From Amoeboradix gromovi X-113 (taxonomy: Eukaryota > Fungi > Sanchytriomycota): a stretch of DNA of 10,044 nucleotides. The stretch spans positions 1 to 10,044 of the forward strand of contig JADGIF010000365.1 of assembly GCA_018985225.1 (NCBI GenBank), written 5' to 3'. Both the position numbers and the translations under genes were made by a program. The stretch's first letter is position 1. Each line of letters opens with the position of its first letter. This document shows positions 1 to 5,775 of the stretch, piece after piece. A model generated the notes under the pieces. It was not told the DNA's origin. It saw nothing but the letters and a program-made list of their open reading frames with translations, and ran no database searches.

Positions 1-150
1 AATCTATCAATGGCAGATCCAGGTCTTGATTCAGCGATATGCGTTCTTCTACTCGTTGCAATAAGATTCAATAAATCACTTGTCTATAACTCACCTGGCG
101 TTGGATAGCTGCTTACGGGCTCGGAACTGTAGGCTGTCTTTTAATGAGTA

Positions 151-1056
151 TTATATGTATCCAAAATCCCTGTTTTTAAAAATAACTGGAGCAATCAAAC
201 ACCATCCGTAAAGTAAGAAGGTGAACCAACTGCACGAAATCTTTATCCAGAAACCTACCTCGGATTTGCCTACATCATAAATACCGCTTGTACTGTTCCA
301 ATTGGTTAGTATACTTGCAATGTAAAACAAACTAAGTAGTATAATACTATGATACACAACTGGGTGATTCCATGCCATTGCATGTTTTAATATGCCTCTA
401 ATCAGCGTTAATATATTTACTATTAGGCCGACAATCATCACGGTCTCATTTAGAGTACCACTGGACATAGACCCAATTAGAAAGAATGTAGCCTGTAACC
501 CTACAACTACAGTGCTTAGTAAACCACTGCACGGTATGTTTGCTTGTATTTCTGGACGAATACTCATTGTACTGAACACTAACAACATAATCAGATGTAC
601 AATGATAAATATGTTCACTTCCAAGACTAGATGATATACACAATAGCTGATTATTGCCAAGTACCCTAACATTGTAGATCCTACAATATATGTTACATGT
701 TTTTCCACTAATCTCATAGTTAAATCAAAGCTTAGGTTTATTATTGTCATGGTTTGTATTATTAGGAACAAACATGCCAACATAAACATCACTGGTATAT
801 AGTACTGTGTGTCAAACACAATAAATATAGCCAATACTGCAGTCGAAGTAAATCCCATGATCTTGATTACAATCTTGAACATATCGACATGCTCATCATA
901 ATATCTATTTTTTAAATTTATAATTAATTCAGTTACGATGTACATGGCGCTGTAGTAACAGTTTGTGCGCAAAACAATGTCATTGTTAAGCCATCTGAAT
1001 CCATATAAAATAGCACTATACCCAAGCAGTTCTAAGCTTGATAAAACAGTGGACAT
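151..1056 (-). CDS. SERINC/TMS1-family (serine incorporator) multipass membrane protein, divergent and shortened (~301 aa)
   Basis: About 10 hydrophobic segments. Family motifs recognised: LFLIIQxxxIINLSFD (cf. FILIQLVLLVDFAH), SIRPEIQ...SGLLST, YHSIILLSLFYIASILTNW, and C-terminal FWIKISCSWFTFLLYGWCLIAPVIFKNRDF. The ORF track starts at TTG 1128; the first in-frame ATG is at 1056, so the start is uncertain. Confidence 0.9.
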   Translation of the reverse strand: MSTVLSSLELLGYSAILYGFRWLNNDIVLRTNCYYSAMYIVTELIINLKNRYYDEHVDMFKIVIKIMGFTSTAVLAIFIVFDTQYYIPVMFMLACLFLIIQTMTIINLSFDLTMRLVEKHVTYIVGSTMLGYLAIISYCVYHLVLEVNIFIIVHLIMLLVFSTMSIRPEIQANIPCSGLLSTVVVGLQATFFLIGSMSSGTLNETVMIVGLIVNILTLIRGILKHAMAWNHPVVYHSIILLSLFYIASILTNWNSTSGIYDVGKSEVGFWIKISCSWFTFLLYGWCLIAPVIFKNRDFGYI

Positions 1057-1163
1057 TTGAAACAATAGGCCTACAATAGATAACAAGTCCAATTCAGTGA
1101 TAAAGGCTGTTTGACTGCAGCATATCAAAATTTTAACAGTTTAGTTGCTTGGCCTGGTTTCAA
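1057..1163. promoter_or_regulatory. Probable bidirectional promoter between SERINC and the CatSper-gamma-like gene
   Basis: 107-bp head-to-head gap between the first in-frame ATGs. Contains TCAAAATTTTAA (1125-1136), which is also present in the other divergent gap (5750-5761). Confidence 0.5.
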
Positions 1164-2675
1164 ATGAAGATTAATTTTTTGACACAATTTGATGCTAATG
1201 AAGTAATTGAGAGTATGGTTTGTACTAGATCAGCGATGGGATTAAAGTACAAAAGCGAGTGGCATATAAATAATGAAAACATTGGAGCTGTAGGAAACAT
1301 CTCAATATTAGAAGAAGTATCCGATTTTGTAGAACAAACAAGTTGTATTATGGGAGACATAAATGGCACCAGAATGGTTTACAAAAAAGACACTTGGATT
1401 GCAGCGAGTGGTGATTATTTAGACTGCAAAGGTGGACGCCCAAAACATGCACCATTTCAAAATGTAAAATCTTTTATTAACGGTGGAATGCTGTATGGCA
1501 GTTGGGGTAGTAATGGCGCAAGTTTATACAAAAGTGGCGAATGGATTAGTATCTCTGTTGTGGGTGTTGCTGACTTATACTTGATGCATAGCGGAATTTT
1601 AATAAAATATGAAAACGGTTCTGTTGGGCTATATGGAGACAGCGGTGACATTAAATTATCTAGTACTGCCTTGGATTCTGTATGCGCATACGATGACAGA
1701 GTGTACTCATATATTGGGAGTCGAGTAACTTTATACCAGATGGAAATAATTAATAAACCTGTGTACGGTCATATTTCTATAAATTCCAGACACGTGCGTG
1801 GAAACAGAATACTCCCAGAGGCTGTATTTATGGACATGGGTGATGCGTTGAACATCACAATCACCAGTGAATTTGATGATTTTTATGAGATTTCAATAAA
1901 TGGAGCCCCAAATGTCTATATTGTAGAGCAGGTCAAGAACAGTTATAGTGGCTTCACAACACTCATACAACTGAAGGTGGAATTTAATGCTGCAAATGTG
2001 TTACCAGGTATCGCAATTAGTAATGGAGTGGTGATGCTCACTTGCACTGGCAACTGTATGTTTAGATTAGATACCGGAGAACCATTGAATCTGAAGTATG
2101 GATACTTTTCGATATTTACAGGATGTCCCTACGGCTCTTCTATGCAAATAAATAATGGATTTCTATCTGTCAGCTACAGCCAGTTGATTCAATTCAGCAT
2201 TGTAACTTACCCTGAGAACCTTCAGCTTGATGAAATGAACAGTGTAATGGTACGAATTCAAGGATTTGGCTATTCTAAGCATACATTTGACAGTTTAAGA
2301 TCCTCCCAGAACTCAATTTGGGAGTCAGATAAAAAAGATGATAATAAGGAGTTCTTGAATATCTCTCCAAGCAGTGCTGTGTCTTTTGTGTGCTTAGAAG
2401 GGAGTGAATGTGCAGATATCGTTTACCTTGAGGCCTTCCCGAATCCACTGCAATTGTACTTTAATGTAACATTTAAGTCTAATTTAATCAATTCATTTTG
2501 CACTTTGGAAAGCAGTGCAGTGATTGAAGTGTATGGAATTGAGTTGAGTCACAAATTTGGAGCTATATTGTCTGGGGTGTCTTTTGTTGTTTCTATGGTT
2601 GTTGTCTTGGTATTATCCATGAAGAAATACAGATCTGAACTCTACAAGTACAAAAATAAACTGCATAATCAATAA
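1164..2675 (+). CDS. CatSper channel auxiliary subunit gamma-like single-pass membrane protein (~503 aa)
   Basis: Beta-rich ectodomain, one C-terminal TM helix (FGAILSGVSFVVSMVVVLVLSM) and a basic tail (KKYR). Ordered motifs match recalled CATSPERG C-terminal motifs: FTGCPYG (cf. GCPPG), VRIQGFG (cf. LKVVGGG), NSIW (cf. NSLIW), FVCLEGSECAD (cf. WLCLENAPCYD), LYFNV (cf. FFFKV), SFCTLESSAVIEVYG (cf. TYCNYQLTFLLHIHG). The ORF track starts at TTG 1149; first ATG is at 1164. CDS confidence is high, family assignment moderate. Confidence 0.7.
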   Translation: MKINFLTQFDANEVIESMVCTRSAMGLKYKSEWHINNENIGAVGNISILEEVSDFVEQTSCIMGDINGTRMVYKKDTWIAASGDYLDCKGGRPKHAPFQNVKSFINGGMLYGSWGSNGASLYKSGEWISISVVGVADLYLMHSGILIKYENGSVGLYGDSGDIKLSSTALDSVCAYDDRVYSYIGSRVTLYQMEIINKPVYGHISINSRHVRGNRILPEAVFMDMGDALNITITSEFDDFYEISINGAPNVYIVEQVKNSYSGFTTLIQLKVEFNAANVLPGIAISNGVVMLTCTGNCMFRLDTGEPLNLKYGYFSIFTGCPYGSSMQINNGFLSVSYSQLIQFSIVTYPENLQLDEMNSVMVRIQGFGYSKHTFDSLRSSQNSIWESDKKDDNKEFLNISPSSAVSFVCLEGSECADIVYLEAFPNPLQLYFNVTFKSNLINSFCTLESSAVIEVYGIELSHKFGAILSGVSFVVSMVVVLVLSMKKYRSELYKYKNKLHNQ

Positions 2676-2691
2676 AAATACCTATGAAAGT

Positions 2692-3150
2692 TTATTTTAA
2701 GGAATGGATTAAATCTTCCAATTCGATGGATTTGGAACCGCTACTCGATATGCTTTGCAGCGTGGCTGGTTTTCTAAAATGTTCGCTTTGATGGGGTTCG
2801 TTTCCTAAAAACACGGAATTTTCATCATTTTCGGCTTCACACATTACCACACTATTTTCTAAACTTTCTCCAGGTGGTGTCACTGCCACAATTAGATCCA
2901 GTTTGCGCTGTTCTAGGAGTTCAATTTCATTAATAAGATTGGTTTTGTATTTTTCCAAGTCTTGGATTTCCAACTGTAAGTCTGTTCTTATTTCAATTGG
3001 ATCCGAGTTTTGTGCAGGAGGCAATTCCAAATTATTTATTAAATCTGAAGAAATAATGCTACTTTGTACAAGTTCGTTGAATAGTTTTGAGATTTTCTCT
3101 AAGTGGGAGTTCTGGCGCATCTGCTGTTTTTGTAATTTCCAGACTTCCAT
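2692..3150 (-). CDS. Hypothetical protein with central coiled coil; true start may lie further upstream
   Basis: 152-aa ATG-initiated ORF with heptad pattern LQLEIQDLEKYKTNLINEIELLEQRKLDL and an acidic/Ser-rich tail. It converges on the previous gene with a 16-bp gap, and its stop codon is embedded in AATAAA like the recognisable genes. Confidence 0.7.
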   Translation of the reverse strand: MEVWKLQKQQMRQNSHLEKISKLFNELVQSSIISSDLINNLELPPAQNSDPIEIRTDLQLEIQDLEKYKTNLINEIELLEQRKLDLIVAVTPPGESLENSVVMCEAENDENSVFLGNEPHQSEHFRKPATLQSISSSGSKSIELEDLIHSLK

Positions 3151-3377
3151 TCTGTAGCTGCAGCCAATGTTTTGACATTCCCCTTCATTTGCACTTCAAT
3201 CTTAAATTTGGCACTGTCCCAATAGTAATAAAAGCGTACACAAAATGTTGCAAGGTAGAAACAATAGCGACGCCAAATGCATAACCGGACCTGCTCGAAT
3301 TTTTTAGTAATTTCAAGCATAAAATGTATGGATTCTTTAACTGATAAGACATTAAATATTGCGACTAGATCGTGCAT
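3099..3377 (-). CDS. Possible N-terminal part of the 2692..3150 gene (different frame) or small ORF
   Basis: ATG at 3377 lies just downstream (minus sense) of an AT-rich promoter-like tract (3380-3430). The frame overlaps the open frame of the 152-aa ORF across 3102-3195. Confidence 0.3.
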   Translation of the reverse strand: MHDLVAIFNVLSVKESIHFMLEITKKFEQVRLCIWRRYCFYLATFCVRFYYYWDSAKFKIEVQMKGNVKTLAAATEWKSGNYKNSRCARTPT

Positions 3378-3394
3378 CGAAAGAAAAAGTCTAG

Positions 3395-3421
3395 TATAAA
3401 TTAAAGCAGTAAATATATTTA
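3395..3421. promoter_or_regulatory. TATA-like element and AT palindrome
   Basis: TATAAA at 3395-3400, about 30-35 nt upstream of the structured segment. Perfect palindrome TAAATATATTTA at 3410-3421. Confidence 0.35.
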
Positions 3422-3429
3422 ATTCTATA

Positions 3430-3730
3430 TGACTCAAAAGTGCCAGTATTTAACGTAATCAATCGTCCTTGAAAGATACGAGGGCCAAGACTGGTATACT
3501 GAGTCAGTGCAAAGACGGGCAGCGGTTTCAATTTCATATGCTTAGAGTATCAATGACAATTGAAGCAGCTAGGACACCCGTCCAATACTAAAGGAGTTAA
3601 AAAGTCAATGAACCAAATCTTCAAACTATCGAATGTCTGCTAAAAAATGGCGAAAAACCAATTTGGCAGGAAAGAAATGATCACAGAACTATTTTGACAA
3701 TTCTAGGTAATCAAATAAGGGTGCCTTGAG
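3430..3730 (+). ncRNA. Candidate structured non-coding RNA, family not recognised
   Basis: No ORF of 60 aa or more. Manual pairing gives hairpin 3430-3506 (TGACTCA/TGAGTCA, GTGCCAGT/ACTGGTAT, apical GTCCTTG/CGAGGGC), hairpin 3514-3582 (27 bp incl. GACGGG/CCCGTC and GTTTCAATT/AATTGAAGC), and arm 3586-3709 enclosing hairpin 3636-3670 (TCTGCTAAA/TTTGGCAGG). Many G-U pairs form only on the + strand, and the loops are A-rich. Confidence 0.55.
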
Positions 3731-3753
3731 AGATAAGTTGAACAGCATAAATT

Positions 3754-5733
3754 TTATTTAAAACAGTTATACAACTTCCAGTTGGTCATTTCAATAGAAG
3801 AAATGTATTTTAAAATTAAGCCCTCATTCGGGTGCGTTAATACATATTTTTCAAAAGCAATGAAGTCTTCGTATGAGATGCCACATAGCATCTTTTTAAA
3901 TTTGACCACATCTACTAATGAAACCTGGCTGCTAATTTGCTCTAGTCTAATAAGTACTTCGTCCTCTCTAATCCCAGGTAAATGCAGTATTTTATTAAAG
4001 TAAGATTTCAGAGACGAAACATCGCTTTCACTCGGGCTAGCAGCAATCCCAACAATTTGAACAAAATCAGACGGCTTTAAGGACTTGGATTGTTTGATGA
4101 GCTCCTTTTTAAATCTCTTGGGATTAAAATCACAGCTTTTGAGTTTTTTTGCAAAGATTAGGTCAATATCCTCGATAACGAGAACTGTAGGTTTAAATAG
4201 CTTTGCAACTGTTAGGATCATGTATATCAGTTTAGCAACATCAGCTGCTTCTTCATACACACCTTTCATCGAGCTTGGTACCAGTGTTAATAACATCGCT
4301 GATGAATGGTATGCGATGTTTGTGCATTGATCTTTCATCAATTTCACATCTTTGCCATGCATTAGTGTCCTGCATCCTATAGGCTTTGCTTTGTCTTCTG
4401 TACTTGGCGCTACCTTGGAATCATTCTTTAATTTCACAGAAACTGATTTTGTCTTTGTAGCTTTGGGGGTTATTGCTTCAGCTGGTCTAATATACTCAAC
4501 AGCATGTTTAGCCAGCAACGGTAGTTGGACCATATTTATTGACCTGGAGTAATATTCAGCAATTGTGTTGCTCTGGTCTATTGTGTTGCGAAAAACGATA
4601 TTATTTTTGTTTTCAGCCAGATTAAAAATCCTCAATCTACCCAATTCCTCCAAAATCTGATCAATGCTCCATCCGTTTGTTGGATCTTTAACTTTCTTTG
4701 GCTTTTCAGTCTTTACTTTCTTTGGCTTTTCAGTCTTTACTTTCTTTTTATTCTTTTCCTTTATAACCTTTGTTTTCAAGTTGCATTTCGATTCAGCAAC
4801 AGCAGCAAGCAATTCTGCTTTCAGCTGAACAGACAGGTTGTCCTTTGCACTCATTATTTCGCCCTTCAGTGCTTTGGAATACAACAAATATTTAGAATGC
4901 CCAGAGTGCCAGTGATCATCAACTTTGTCAAGTGGCCAGAGTTGCACAAACGCTTTACAGTAATACTCTAAATCGGAGTCTTTTTCGCTTCTAGGATCGT
5001 CCTTGTTTTCGAAGTCCTTGAATGAGTTTTGCAAGTAGTCACTTTCAAGCGCTAACAAATCCGTGCCCACCCACTGGTCCACTTGATCAACGGTAGGATA
5101 ACACTTGCAATCCTTTTCAATTTTCATGTACCACAGTCGGAATTCAACCCAAACTTTGGTCAAAAACAGCGGGATTTCTATGTTTTCAATTCTAGTCTTA
5201 ACAGCAAGTAGCTCATTATTAGCAGTTGCTTTATTTATTTTGAATTGATCTTTTATTTTGTGAACATATTCTGGCTCCTTATCCGTCAGCTCGCTGTATG
5301 GAATGGACAATCTCAATTTAGCCTCTATTTGTTTTTTATTTTTCAGAAACTTGAGCTTCTCCAATAAGCCTCGAATTAATGCCTGTAGTAAAATAGCATC
5401 ATCATATCTTATTTCTAGAGATTGAAAAGGTAGTAACTCAGGCACAGCATCAGTTGCTAAAAACGGGAAAAAAGGTAGCAATCTATCGGTATTTCCACTA
5501 AAATAAAGAATTTTACCAAAGTCGCTAGATTCAGCATTAGAAATATCAATTAGCAACTCATCCAGTATATGAGATATGATTATTTGGTAATACTCTTGTT
5601 TATGGATATTTAGACAATATTTCTGAGCAAAGTTGAGGTGTTCTAACATTGATATCAGCGCGTCCTTGCCCAATTTAGCTTTGAACTTAGCCATATCATC
5701 CAGTGCCATCTTTTCATAGTATTTTACAGACAT
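3754..5733 (-). CDS. IQCA1: IQ and AAA domain-containing protein (IQCA1 / dynein regulatory complex DRC11-like), Walker A degenerate
   Basis: IQ motif LQALIRGLLEK; Lys-rich linker followed by KDPTNGWSIDQILEEL (cf. KDLTADRTIESLYKEL); AAA module with VAKLFKPTVLVIED, NPKRFKKEL, LKPSDFVQIVG and YFNKILHLP, colinear with IQCA1. Confidence 0.88.
   Translation of the reverse strand: MSVKYYEKMALDDMAKFKAKLGKDALISMLEHLNFAQKYCLNIHKQEYYQIIISHILDELLIDISNAESSDFGKILYFSGNTDRLLPFFPFLATDAVPELLPFQSLEIRYDDAILLQALIRGLLEKLKFLKNKKQIEAKLRLSIPYSELTDKEPEYVHKIKDQFKINKATANNELLAVKTRIENIEIPLFLTKVWVEFRLWYMKIEKDCKCYPTVDQVDQWVGTDLLALESDYLQNSFKDFENKDDPRSEKDSDLEYYCKAFVQLWPLDKVDDHWHSGHSKYLLYSKALKGEIMSAKDNLSVQLKAELLAAVAESKCNLKTKVIKEKNKKKVKTEKPKKVKTEKPKKVKDPTNGWSIDQILEELGRLRIFNLAENKNNIVFRNTIDQSNTIAEYYSRSINMVQLPLLAKHAVEYIRPAEAITPKATKTKSVSVKLKNDSKVAPSTEDKAKPIGCRTLMHGKDVKLMKDQCTNIAYHSSAMLLTLVPSSMKGVYEEAADVAKLIYMILTVAKLFKPTVLVIEDIDLIFAKKLKSCDFNPKRFKKELIKQSKSLKPSDFVQIVGIAASPSESDVSSLKSYFNKILHLPGIREDEVLIRLEQISSQVSLVDVVKFKKMLCGISYEDFIAFEKYVLTHPNEGLILKYISSIEMTNWKLYNCFK
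4691..4747. repeat. Perfect in-frame 24-bp tandem repeat (~2.4 copies) encoding KKVKTEKP
   Basis: ACTTTCTTTGGCTTTTCAGTCTTT at 4691-4714 and 4715-4738, plus a partial copy at 4739-4747. Confidence 0.95.
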
Positions 5734-5775
5734 TGCGGCCTGACATTTTTCAAAATTTTAAATTTAAAACGACGG
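5734..5775. promoter_or_regulatory. Minimal bidirectional promoter between IQCA1 and the SulP transporter
   Basis: Only 42 bp between divergent ATGs. Contains the perfect palindrome TTTTAAATTTAAAA (5756-5769) and TCAAAATTTTAA (5750-5761). Confidence 0.6.

Noticed and set aside
1-150. Left-edge partial gene; GTGAGT donor-like site on the minus strand near 89-94
   Set aside because: Several short frames are open but none is recognisable, so strand and frame cannot be decided within the window.
3280-3300. GAGCAGGTC (minus) resembling SRP RNA helix 8
   Set aside because: No upstream CAGG partner or GNRA-capped stem.
3430-3506. TGACTCA/TGAGTCA as Gcn4/AP-1 binding sites
   Set aside because: More simply explained as the two arms of a longer hairpin; a DNA-level role is not excluded.
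3660-3715. U3 box A-like GATCATTTCT and U1-like TTACCT...GATCA on the minus strand
   Set aside because: The remaining U3 boxes and U1 stems are missing, and G-U asymmetry favours the + strand.
3434-3748. Minus-strand reading from ATG 3748 under stop-codon reassignment (as in some aphelids) or Sec readthrough
   Set aside because: It needs TAA, TAG and TGA all read through, while TAA and TAG end recognisable genes in this window.
4691-4747. Repeat as a CRISPR array or mobile-element end
   Set aside because: Head-to-tail, no spacers, in frame inside a eukaryotic CDS.
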